A stretch of 64,000 nt of DNA, taken from assembly GCF_036365525.1 (NCBI RefSeq), contig NW_027140532.1:1-64000 (forward strand). Reading direction: 5' to 3'. Numbering within the stretch: the first letter of the stretch is position 1; the number at the start of each line of letters is the position of its first letter. The position numbers and the translations under genes were made by a program. Shown here piece by piece: positions 38,077 to 49,730 of the stretch. The notes under the pieces were generated by a model. That model saw nothing but the letters and a program-made list of their open reading frames with translations, ran no database searches and was not told where the DNA came from. Origin of the DNA: Heterodontus francisci. Lineage: Eukaryota.

Positions 38077-38209
38077 GGGACGGGGCAGCGGTCGGGGGTT
38101 GTTGCGGGGGGGGGCACACACAACATCCGAAAGCACCGTCGAGGATCTCTAAAGGCACCAGGGCACGTCCCGTCAGCAGAATCGAGTGGATCAGCGGAGA
38201 CGAGTCCAC

Positions 38210-38265
38210 ATGGAGTATTCGAAAGCCCGGGGCTATGTGTCCTCTTCAGCCTCCTCACTGATCAG
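38210..38265 (+). CDS. CIDEB: CIDEB coding exon 1 (MEYSKARGYVSSSASSLIR)
   Basis: acATGG start; MEY...LIR resembles human MEYLSALNPSDLLR; phase-2 donor matches the next exon. Confidence 0.85.
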
Positions 38266-39167
38266 GTCAGACTGTCGTCTTTTAACTGCCTTCGAGGGAT
38301 CAGTCTTTCGGATGAGACGTCAGACCCCGGGGATCCAGTCCGGCCTCCCAGGCCGATGTGAACGATCCCTCGGGGGGAGAGTCCGTCCCGGCGTCCCGGG
38401 GGGGGGGGGGGGCGGGGGCACGATATTTTGTCCCTGAACCCGCCGTCACTTTTAACAAAAGAAACACGGTCGGGCCGTTATCCCACCGCTGGTTTGTGGG
38501 ATCTTGCTGCGCGCTGCGTTTCCTGCCTTGCGACGGCGACGACGACTCAAAGACCGTGAAAGTGCCTCGTCGGCTGCCAGGCGCTTTGGCGTGACCTGAG
38601 GTGGTGAAAGGCGCCATGTCAATGCAGCTCTTTTCAGATTTACTGCCTCGAATCCTCTCCCCAGCACAGAAGGAGGCCATTCGGCCCATCGTGTCCGTGC
38701 TGGCTCTCCGCAAGAGCAACCCAGCTAGTCCCACTCCCCCCTCCTCCCCCCCTCCGCCCTTTCCCCGTAGCCCTGCAAATCTTTTTCTCTTCAATGCAGA
38801 TTCAATCGTAACTTTCAGAAGGGAATTGGATGACAAGTTGAAATGAGTAAAAGGGGGGGGGGGGGGGGGAAGCGGGGCAGTGCTGGACGGCTCTTCCAAA
38901 GGGCTGGCACAGGCACGGAGCGGGCCGAATGGCCTCCTCCCGTGTGGGCAGATTGCACGACTCTCAGGTGTGCCCTGTTCTGGGCTGACCTCGGCCAAGC
39001 TGGCAGGCGATGGGTAAGCGTGCCACGGGAGGGAGCAGGAAATGGCGGCCCATACCCCCACACGGTGGCCTCGCTGTCTCAAGGGGGTGGTCTGAGGGGA
39101 CGGGGATGGCGGGAAAAGCAGCTCATGGTCTTATTGTACCGTTCCCCCCCCCCCGTCTCTACCTCAG

Positions 39168-39309
39168 ATCAGTTTCTACAGTGAGCTTGGAGCTCACTCG
39201 GAGACTCTGGACCTCCACACCGCCCCAGAGACCCTTCCGAATCTGCAAGCACGATCGCTCCTCCCGGAAGGGGGTGACGGCCGGGACCCTGGTGGAGCTG
39301 ATCAACAAG
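39168..39309 (+). CDS. CIDEB: CIDEB exon 2 (CIDE-N start)
   Basis: SVSTVSLELTRRLWTSTPPQRPFRICKHDRSSRKGVTAGTLVELINK. Confidence 0.95.
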
Positions 39310-40223
39310 GTAGGTCCGCGGCAGGGGGTGTTAAAGAGTGGTGGGGGGGGGGGGGGGTGCCCAGGGATGGGCATGGGGAGTGGCATACACGGACACATAC
39401 GCACACGTACGTTCCAACCTAGACACGCACACATATAAAGACACACACTGACACCCACATACAGTATCAGGCACTTGCTTGCAGTGTTTGCTGTCACTCA
39501 GTGAGTGACACTCTTGACTGAGCTTCCACAGCCCTCTGGGTTTAGGATAGGTGTCCCGGACAATATTTATTCCTCAATCAACCTCACCAAAAAAAAACTG
39601 CTGTGGTCATTATCACGTTGCTGTTGGTGGGATCTTGCTGTGCGCAAATTGACTGCCGCGCTTCCTCCAACGGTGACTGCACTTCAGAAGTACTTCAGTG
39701 GCGGTAAAGCTCTTTGAGACGTCTGCTGGTCTTGGAAGGCGCTATATCAATGCAGTTCTTTCTTTAAAGACAGCCCCTCCGACATCCAGTACTGGACGGG
39801 CAGAAATCGCCTCCAATCAAATATTGGGACGACGGAAGCCATTGTTTTCGGCCCCTGCTCATAACTCCCTTCCCCTAGTTACAGACTCCATCCCTCTCCC
39901 TGGCAACAATCCCGGATTAAGCCAGTCTGTTCGCGACCTCGGGGTCACATTTGACCCCGGGTTGAGCTTCCGACCTCATATCCGCACCCCCCCCGCCCTC
40001 CCCCACCCCAGTCTCAGCTCATCTGCTGCTGAAACCCTCATTCACTCATTAGTACAGTTACACACACACTATCACCCAAACGTGTCAACACGTACCTGCA
40101 ATAACACACATGTACATTGACACACGCGCAACACCGCACACGCCTGTCAGAGCTGGGTGCGATCTGATTGCTGTTTTTTTTTTCCTTCTTCTCTCTCTCC
40201 CACTCCGATGCCCCTCCCGACAG

Positions 40224-40373
40224 GCTCTCGACGCTCTCCTCGTCACCGGAGCCATCGGACTCGTCCTGGAGGAGGATGGGACTGCCGTGGACAGCGAAGA
40301 GTTCTTTGAACACCTGGATGACGACACCACGTTCATGGTTCTGCAGAAAGGCCAGCGGTGGTACCCGCCCAAG
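40224..40373 (+). CDS. CIDEB: CIDEB exon 3
   Basis: LVLEEDGTAVDSEEFFEHLDDDTTFMVLQKGQRW (CIDE-N signature). Confidence 0.96.
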
Positions 40374-41203
40374 GTCCGTCAGTTTGGAACCGCTTCTTCC
40401 CTTATTTATTGACCTTTTTTTTTTGTCCTCGCGGGATGTGGGCGTCACTGTTGCCCTTGACAACTGAGCGGCTTGCCGGGTCAGAGGGCAGTTAAGAGTC
40501 AGCCGCATTGCAGTGGGTCTGCAGTCGCACGTAGGCCAGACCGGGTAAAGAACGGCAGATTTCCTTCCCGAAAGGACATTGGTGAACCGGACGGGTTTTT
40601 ACGACAATCAATGATAGTTTCACAGCATGCACTCTCAATGTCAGGCGTTTAATCAATTGAAGTGAAACTCCATGGGGTTTGAACCCGTATCACCACAGCT
40701 TCTGGATTGATAGTCCAGGGGTGTTACCACTCCCTGGTCTACCAGTGAGCCGAAGATTGACAGCATAGGCAGGGAGTCTGAGACCCCCAAACCAGAGGCC
40801 CAAACAAACTGTCTTCATCAGAGCAGAAAAATCCCTCAGTCCAGCTCTTCGGTTGCTCATTCACCGTCCATTTCAGTGACAAACAGCCTCAGCTAACCTC
40901 AGTTCCCAGGTTCAGGGTCACGGTCAAGGGTGAAGCAGGATGTCGGCCCACCGAGACTTCCCTTTGGTTCGAGCAGTGACGGGCGCGGAAATGGAAGAGG
41001 TTTTGTTTTTTTTCCCATCCGTCTCCGTCCCTGCCAATCGGGAAAGCAGGTCAGGGGCAAGGGGGGAGGTGCAAAAAAAGGTACTGGACAAGTGCCCCCG
41101 CAAAGCTCAAAATCAGCCTGTATCATGCAATTACAGCAAATGAGCAGAGGGGCTGCAGCCCTGGGAACAGTGCAGAGGGAGCTTTACTCTGGATCTAACC
41201 CCG

Positions 41204-44200
41204 TTTTTTTTTCTTTTTTCTTTTTTCTGTTTTTTTTTTTGTTTGTTTTTTCACAAGGTGGCCTTTATTCCTCAGGCCCCCTTTATGTACATATTTACAG
41301 TTTTAAAATAACTTTATTAAAACCAGATAAATAAACAAAAAAAACTCAAATTAAAATGCCATTCTCGGCGTCGACGATGCACTCCAGTCCCTGCGCTGCC
41401 CACCGGTCGCGGAAGGCCTCAAGCGTTCCGGCGGACACCGCATGCTCCTTCTCCAGGGACACCCGGGCGCGAACGTAACCGCGGAAGAGGGGCAGGCAAT
41501 CGGGGAGGACGGAACCCCCGACGGCCCGCAACCTGGACCTGTGAATTGCCACCTTGGCCAGGCCCAGGAGCAGACCGACGAGGAGATCCTCCTCCCGGCC
41601 CAAGCCCCTCCGCACCAGGTGCCCAAAGATCAGGAGCATGGGACTGAAGTGCAGCCAGAATTTGAGGAGCAGCCCCTTCAGATACTCAAAGAGGGGCTGC
41701 AACCTCGCACACTCCGTATAAACGTGGAACACGGACTCGTCCAGGCCGCAGAAAGTACAGGCGGCCTGGGAGTCCGTGAACCTACTTAAAAGTCTATTGC
41801 ACGGGACTGCTCTGTGCAGCACCCTCCACCCCAGGTCCCCGATGTAAAGGGGGAAGACTCCCGCGTAAAGAGACCTCCATCGGGGTTTCCTCTCGCCGCC
41901 AGATGGCAACGCGGACCGCCAGGGCATGTCCGGCCGGCTGACGAAGGCGAGGAAGTGGAGAGTGTGCAGGAGCAGCCCGTACAGGAAACCCCTCCGCGCC
42001 GATTGGAATGGATCGCCCCGCACTCCCGAGCCCCCTCGCCACCCGCAGTGAGGGGCGTCCCGGGGGTTTCGGCTACTCCTCCGCCCGCCGGACCGTCCCC
42101 GGAGTCGGCCGCCCGGACAGCCGAGGCGCTCTCCTCCGCCGGCGGGGGAGCGCCCTGACTGGAGGCGACCATGTTCCAGACTCGGAATAGATCCCGGTAA
42201 AAGACAGGCAACTCCCTCAGAGAGGCGCGGCTAACGGACTCCACCGGGAGCTGCGTGTCGTCTTGAAGGCAATGACACTGGCAGAAAAAATACGTCGCCA
42301 GCGCACACCATCTGGGAGGACGCTCGACGTACAAGTATCTCTGCAGGGTCCGAAGGCGGAGAGTCGCAGCCTGGGTGCGGAAGCACACCAGCGACTGACC
42401 GCCCTCCTCGATCGGGAGACTCAGGACTGCGGCAGAGACCCAGTGTTTCCTCTTGCCCCAGAGGAAATCGACGAGTTTCTTCTGGATCTTGGTGGCAAAT
42501 ACAGGGGGCGGGGCCAAAGTGACCAACCGGTACCACAACATGGAGGCCACCAGTTGGTTTATGACCAACGCTCGGCCCCTGTAGGAAAGCACTCGGAGCA
42601 GTCCTGTCCAGCGCCCCAGCCGAGCGGTGACTTTCACCTCCAACTCCTGCCAGTTTGCCGGCCAGGCTTCCTCAGCGGGGCTAAGGTGGACTCCCAGATA
42701 GAGGAGGTGCGTGGTGCTCCACGCAAAAGGTGTCATCTCCTCCGGCAGGGAGTCCACCCGCCACTGACCAACCAGGAGTCCAGAACATTTCTCCCAATTG
42801 ATCCTCGCGGAGGACGCGGCAGAAAAGGTCTGCTGGCAGTCGCACATCCTCCGCAAGTCAACGGGATCTGTGATTGCGAGGAGCACGTCGTCGGCGTAAG
42901 CCGAGAGGACGACCCGCATGGCCGGCTCGCGCAGAGCCAATCCCGTCAACCTCCTGCGAAGCAGGCACAGGAAGGGCTCCACACAGATGGTATACAATTG
43001 GCCGGACATGGGGCACCCCTGACGCACTCCTCTCCCAAATCGAAGGGGCGCCGTCAAGGACCCGTTAACTTTGACTAGACACTCTGCGGCGGCGTATAAA
43101 AGTCGGACCCGGGCCACAAAATGCGGCCCGAGTCCGAAAGCGCGCAGAGTCCCGAAAAGGTAATCGTGATCCACCCTGTCGAACGCCTTCTCCTGATCGA
43201 GGGAGAGAAAGGTGACCGACTGACCAGTCCTCTGGGAAAGATGGATCAGGTCCCGGACCAGGTGGATGTTGTCCTGGATGGACCGGCCCGGGACCGTGTA
43301 GGATTGGTCGGGGTGGATCATGTGGGCCAGCACGGAGCCCAGGCGGGGAGACATAGCCCGGGCAAAGATCTTATAATCTGTGCTGAGGAGGGAGACCGGA
43401 CCAGTTTTTAAGCAGGCGGAGATCGCCCCTCTTCGGCAGCAGGACGACGACCGCCCTGCGCCACGAGAGGGGCATCTCCCCGGTCGCCAGGCTTTCCCCC
43501 AGGACCCGCGCGTTATCGTCTCCCAGGACGTCCCATAATGCCCTGAGGAACTCCACGGTCAACCCATCCAGCCCTGGGGATTTGTCCCTTGAGAGCTGGT
43601 GGAGGGCGCCGGTCAGCTCCGCCAACGTGAGCGGAGCCTCCAATCCTTCGGCGCCCTCCGGGGAGACCTGCGTCAGGTCCTCCCACAAAACTCTGCGCGC
43701 ATCCTCGCTGGACGGATCCGGAGAGAACAACGCACTGTAATAAGTACGGACCAGGAGGCCCATTCCCTCCGGATCCGTGATGGAGGATCCGTCGTCGGCC
43801 AGCAGCTCAACGAGCTGCTTACGGACCCCCCGCCATTTTTCCAGCGAGTAGAAGAAGGGTGAGGCGCGGTCCAAATCTTCCAGGATCTGGATCCGCGACC
43901 TCACGTGCGCGCCTCGGGACCCTATGAGCTGCAGGTCCCTCAGCGCGCCCTTCTTCTCTTTGTACGCCTGCCACAGGGCCGGGTCAGCGACGGCATGACC
44001 GAGGCGGGACTCCAAGTCGAGCACCTCTCTCTCAAGGCGCCCGATCTCGGCTTCCCACCTCTTGGTCGACCCCTTCGCGTACTCCTGACAGAAGACGCGG
44101 ATGTGAGTCTTGCCCACATCCCACCATAGCCTCAAGGAGGGGAAGCCCCCCCGCTTCCTTCTCCAGTCGGCCCAGAATCGACAGAACGAGTCCCGAAATC

Positions 44201-45722
44201 GCTCGTCCTCAGCAGCCGGTTGTTAAAGTGCCAGTACGCGGACCCCGCCCGCGTGCGGAGCGGAGTGAACTTCGCCCACACCAGGCGGTGGTCCGAGCAC
44301 AGCACCAGCCGCATGGAGGCCGCCGAGACGCGGGAGACTTACACCTGCGAAATGTAGAGGCGGTCGATTCGCGACCCCCCTCCTCCAGACCTCCACGTGA
44401 AGGCACTGGAGTCGGGATGGAGATTCCGCCAGACGTCCACCAAGTTAAGGGAGCTGATCAGTCCCCTCAACTTCTCCACTGACGCTTGGCCGTGCTGGGG
44501 ACCAGAGCGATCCCCCACCTCGAGGGTGCAGTTAAAATCCCCCCCGAGGATGATGCACTCGCCGCTATCGATGGAGCTCAAGAGAGCGGACACTTCTTCA
44601 AAGAAGCGCGCTTGCAACGCGCCGGGCCTGGGCGCGTACACGTTCACAAAGTGGAGCGGCACGCTACCCAGGCGAACGGCGAGGTGGAGCAAGCGGCCCG
44701 GCACTAGCTCCTTGACCCCCAAGATCTCCGGCTGAAAAGTCGGGGCCAACAAGATAGCCACCCCACTAGAAATAGGGGTGAGGTGACTCATGTAGACCCC
44801 ACCCTGCCACTCCAGGAGCCAGGTGGCTTTGTCTCCCGGAACGGTGTGGGTTTCCTGCAGAAAGCTCACTGCGTATCTCCCTTCCCTAAGGACTGAGAGA
44901 TTGTGAAATCTGCGGTGAGACAACCTCGGCCATTGCCTTTACACAGGCCTCTATAGACATATTGGGGTGGGGATAGCTCTTTACCCCATGGCTTGAAGTA
45001 ATTAATTTAAAAAGTGACGGGGTCTCACGGGTGGCCACAGAGGCTACAGCCGCATAGGTATGAGAAGGCCCCGCCACTGGTGATGATGGGCTTGCCATGG
45101 CTCAAGAGCCAAACCCACCCCCAATTTGCAGGTAAGCAAACAAACAAACAAAGAAACCAACTAGTAGGTTTGGGGAGAGGCTGAGGGTATACAAGAAATG
45201 GGAAAGACAGGCTGCTAGCGATGACTTTGCTTTTTTTCCTCTTAAAGGGTGGTACTCAGAGCACTGTAACACTTCTGGTCTTCCGGTCTTCTGGTTGTGG
45301 GAGGGGTCTTCACCTGGGTCAGCCGAAAGCTGCCCAGGCTCTAGTTCGATCCTTATGTCTCTATTAGCCAGGCAGCTTCAGCTGACTCAGGCTGGGCAAT
45401 TGGGGTGGGGAGGGAGCTTCCCTGCAACTTTAGTGCAACTGCACAGCTCCCTACAGAATTGTACAGCCCCCACCCCTTGTTCTTCTGGCCTCTTTCACCT
45501 CCCACAACAGTCCAAATGAAATGAAAGTTTGGTGCTCGACACCCACCTCGAAATACAGCCTTTTTCAAAGTCTTTCCTCCTCTGCAGCAAAAGTTGTTGA
45601 AAGGTTTTTTGCAGTTCCCTCCTCAGCTCTCCCTCTCCAGCAGCACCTCCAGCAACCGACTGCAGCACTGTCAGCTGCACCTCTTTGAGGCACTCAGTAT
45701 TCCCAATCAGAGAGGAGCCAAT
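41204..45722 (-). mobile_element. Tx1-clade non-LTR retrotransposon, internally deleted and frameshifted, in CIDEB intron 3
   Basis: ORF1 N-terminus (44886..45098) fused to APE (FLQETH, GGDFNC, SRIDRLY, SDH); RT (LDQEKAFDRVDH, GVRQGCPMSG, SAYADD); C-terminal CTFC...H...C zinc finger; AATAAA (41264-41269) and poly(A) tail (41204-41251). Confidence 0.9.
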
Positions 45723-45953
45723 CCCCGTGCTATACCTGTCCTGGGAGTGTTTGATGTGGACAGTGTAGAGGGAGCTTTACTCTGTATCTAACCCCCCGTC
45801 TTTTTTTTGTTTTTTTTTCTGTACCTGTCCTGGGAGTGTTTGATGGAGACAGTGTAGAGGGAGCTTTATTCTGCATCTAACTCCATTCTGTACCTGTCCT
45901 GGGAGTGTTTGATGGGGACAGTGTAGAGGGAGCTTTACTCTGTATCTAACCCA
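45723..45953 (+). repeat. 69-bp repeat (CTAACCCCGTGCTGTACCTGTCCTGGGAGTGTTTGATGGGGACAGTGTAGAGGGAGCTTTACTCTGTAT), ~3 units; more units at 41160-41203, 48478-48550 and 55738-55864(-)
   Basis: Direct reading of the repeated units. Confidence 0.9.
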
Positions 45954-45980
45954 TAATCGGGTGCTGACTTTGTATTACAG

Positions 45981-46168
45981 AGGGGAATGGTTTCGTACTC
46001 ACTGACCCAGAAACCTAAGAACACAAAAGACATCGCCCGAATCACCTTCGACATCTACAAGCTCAACCCAAAGGACCTTTTTGGCTCCCTCAACATCCGG
46101 GCCACCTTCTACGGCCTGTACTCCATGACCTTTGACATCAAGTGTCTTGGTCCAAAGAAGGTCATCAG
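45981..46168 (+). CDS. CIDEB: CIDEB exon 4 (CIDE-C)
   Basis: KDIARITFDIYKLNPKDLFGSLNIRATFYGLYSMTFDIKCLGPKKVIR; the LFGSLN/GPKKV motifs favour CIDEB over CIDEA/CIDEC. Confidence 0.96.
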
Positions 46169-46299
46169 GTAAAATGGCGGGATGGAAGCCAAGTCACTCT
46201 CTGTGTGGGCGGGAGAAGGGAGGGCGGAGGCCTGCAGAGAATGACCCATCCATCAGTGTCCCAAAGCCCTACATGTGCAGCCAGGTTCGTTCAGTCACA

Positions 46300-46985
46300 T
46301 AGGGTCATACGAAATAGGAGCGGGAGTAGGCCATTCGGCCCCTCGAGCCTGTTCCCTCATTCAATAAGATCATGGCTGATATGATTGTGGCCTCAACTGT
46401 ACTTTCCTTCCTGCCCCCCATAACCCTTTACTCCCCTATAGATCAAAAATCTGTCTAGCTCAGCCTTGAATCTATTCAATGACCCAGCCTCCACTGATCG
46501 CTGGGGAAGAGAATTCCAATGGTTAATGACCCTCTGAGAGAAGAAATTCCTCCTCATCTCCGTCTGAAATGGGTGACCCCTTATTCTGAAACTGTGACCC
46601 CTAGTTCGAGATTCCCTCACGAGGGGAAACGTCCTCTCAGCATCTACCCAGTCAAGCCCCCTCAGAATCTTATACATTTCGATAAGATCAACCCCTCATT
46701 CTTCTAAACTCCAATGAATACAGGCTCAATTTGCTCAACCCTTCCTCATAAGACAACCCTTTCATCCCAGGAATCGGCCTAGTCAACCTTCTCTGAACTG
46801 CTTCCAATGCAAGTACGTCCCTCCTTAAATAAGGAGAGCAAATTTGTACGCAGTCCTCTCGGTGTGGTCTCACCAACACCCTGTACAGTTGTAGCAAGAC
46901 TTCCCTACTTTTATACTTCAACCCCCTTACAATAAAGGCCAGCTTCCATTTGTCTTCCTAATTACTTGCTGTACCTGTATGCCTG
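46300..46985 (-). mobile_element. CR1 LINE 3' fragment
   Basis: YKILRGLDWVDAERTFPLVRESRTRGHSFRIRG. Confidence 0.88.
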
Positions 46986-48585
46986 ATTGTATTATGATTT
47001 TCTGAATGTCCTGCCACTACCTGTTCAATAATGTATTCTAATATTTTCCCAACAACAGATGTTAGGCTAACTGGCCTATGGTTTCCTGTGTTCTGTTTCC
47101 TTTCTTGAGTAGAGGTGTTACATTTAAAGTTTTCTAATCTTCTGGGACCTTTCCAGAATCTAGGGAATCTTGGAACATTAAAACCAATGCATCCACTTCT
47201 TTTAAGACCTGAGGATGTAGGCCATCTGGTCCAGGGGACTTGTCAGTATTTAGTCCCATTAGTTTTTTTTCCTCTTTAGCACTGAAACAGGCCCTTCAGC
47301 CCATCGAGTCCGTGCCAACCAACAATCACCCATTTATACTAATCCTACATTTAATCCCATATTCCCTACCACATCCCCACCATTCTCCTACCACCTACCT
47401 ACACTAGGGGCAATTTACAATGGCCAATTTACCTATCAACCTGCAAGTCTTTGGCTGCGGGAGGAAACCGGAGCACCCGGCAGAAACCCACACGGTCACA
47501 GGGAGAACTTGCAAACTCCGTACAGGCAGTACCCAGAACTGAACCCGGGTCGCTGGAGCTGTGAGGCTGCAGTGCTAACCACTACGCCGCCCACTGTTTT
47601 GCTTGTACTGTTTCTCCAGTGATAATGATTGTTTTAAGTTCCTTCCTCCCTTTGGTCTCTTGGTTTCCTACTAGTCTTGGGATGCTTTGTGTGTCTTCTG
47701 CTGTGAAGATGGATACAAAATACGTGTCACCATCACTCTGTAAGCACGCCGATGTACACAGCAAGATCCCACAAGCGACAGTGAGGTGAAATGGCAACTC
47801 AATCTGATTTTTGGTAATGTTGGTTTGCGGGATAAATATTGGGCGCAGGACACCAGGGAGAACTCCCTTGCCCTTCTTTAGATAGTGGCGGTGGGATCTT
47901 TTACGTCCAACCTTGGCTTGAACGTCTCATTTCAAAGACGGCACCTCCGGCAGCCCAGCCCTCCCTGCACGTTATTTGTAAGCACAGCGACTAATGAAGG
48001 GACTTTACTCACGGGCAGCAGCAGCAGAGGAAAGTGGCTGAGGCCTTTGGTCAGAAAAGGAGCAACGGACACCAACAGGCCTGAGGCCTACAATCATGGG
48101 CGGCAACAAAACCGAGCAGGCCCCGAGGACCAAACAAGCAGTGCTCATCGGAACAGCAAAATCCCTCAATCCGGCTGTTCCATCGCTCATTTAGGAATCA
48201 CTGCTTGTTTCAGTGTCAAACAACCTCAGCCAACTTCAATTCCCAAGTTTAGGCCACAGTCAACCCAGCCCACAGGCTCGCCGAGGCCTCTGTTTGGGTT
48301 CAGCAGCGACCAACGCAGAAACAGAAGCTGTTTTCCTTCCATCCTCGTCCCTCCCAGTTGGCGAGATCTGGCAAAGGGCAACAAGAGTTGCAAAAGAAAA
48401 GATACCTGACAGAGCCCCACGCAGCTCAAAATCAGCCTGTATCGTGTAGTTACGGTAGATGAGCAGAAAGGCCATTGCCCTGGGAGTGTTTGATGGGGAC
48501 AGTGTGGAGGGAGCTTTACTCTGTATTTAACCCCGTGCTGCACCTGTCCTTGGATCTAACTCGACCTGTGTTTTTATTGTTGTAG

Positions 48586-48706
48586 GGAGTTGCTCCGTGT
48601 GACCTCTTCACTGTTGTATGGGATTGGCCAGATCCTCGTCACTGCTGCATCCTTTACACGTCGTCTAGTGGAAGGGAACGACAATATCGCAGAGTGTTAC
48701 GACTGA
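48586..48706 (+). CDS. CIDEB: CIDEB exon 5 (stop); total CDS 657 nt, 218 aa
   Basis: ELLRVTSSLLYGIGQILVTAASFTRRLVEGNDNIAECYD*; tgtag acceptor in phase. Confidence 0.94.
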
Positions 48707-48719
48707 CCCATCTGTTTTT

Positions 48720-48720
48720 A

Positions 48721-48774
<54 letters not shown>

Positions 48775-48945
48775 AGGTGCAGAGACACACAGACAGACAC
48801 AGGCACACAGACGCAGGAACACAGTGACACACACACACACCCATACACGTGCACACACACATATGTACACACATTGAGACACACACATAGACTCGCCTCA
48901 CGAGTATGCGCACACACAAACACAGTCAGACACACACAAACAGTG
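48720..48945. repeat. (CA)n-rich microsatellite in CIDEB 3'UTR
   Basis: Direct reading. Confidence 0.9.
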
Positions 48946-49069
48946 GATCACTGTCATTGATCAGACATTTGCCACTATTAAATCCGACCCTCATCTTGAA
49001 CCTTCCTGTGTGACTCTCCCTTTTTATCCTGGGATTTTAAACAGATCAGCCACCCTTGTCACCAGCTCC

Positions 49070-49075
49070 AATAAA
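49070..49075 (+). terminator. Candidate CIDEB poly(A) signal (others at 49271-49276 and 49902-49907)
   Basis: AATAAA hexamers downstream of the CIDEB stop. Confidence 0.45.
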
Positions 49076-49730
49076 CCAGCATCAGGGGAGGTGCAGAGGG
49101 CGGAGAATTATTTCTCATTGATTGCTAACTGCAGCAGACAGCGTGCCTGTCCACTCATTCCCCCCTCCCACTCCCGGGAGGCCCTCGCTTGGCCTCATTG
49201 GGAACGCTCGCGGATCAGGGCCCTGGGTGCCCTCACTTCCATTCCCATCCAACTGGAGATCTTCCCTCTGAATAAATTACAAGCTCTTGCTTTCCCATTC
49301 CCTTCGAGGTTACGAGCTCGGAATTCCCAGCCAGGGAGTGTCCCGATATACGTGCCCTAAACACCGTGGGGGTCTGCCAGTCTCACCTTCGAGTCAGTGA
49401 CTCGGGCTCCCCATAATGCCGGGAGGAGACTCCCAGTGCCACCGCCGACTGAGTGCCGCACTGTCGGAGGTGCCGTCTTTCGGGTGGGACGTTGAAACCA
49501 AGCCCCCCCCACCGCCCCACACCATCTGCCCTCTCGGGTGGGTGCGAATGATCCCAAAGTCGCTATTTGGATACAAAAGCAGGGGTGAAGTCCTCTCCTG
49601 GTACCTGGGGGCCCAACATCTATCCCTCAACTCAACATCACTAAAACAAAAAAAAAACGGATTAACAGCTCATTGTGGGATCTTGCTGTGCGGAACATGG
49701 CTGCCACATTGGCCTACGGAGCGACAGTGG

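Noticed and set aside
42263-43078. 271-aa plus-strand ORF and other antisense ORFs over the Tx1 element
   Set aside because: Shadow ORFs of GC-rich RT coding sequence on the opposite strand
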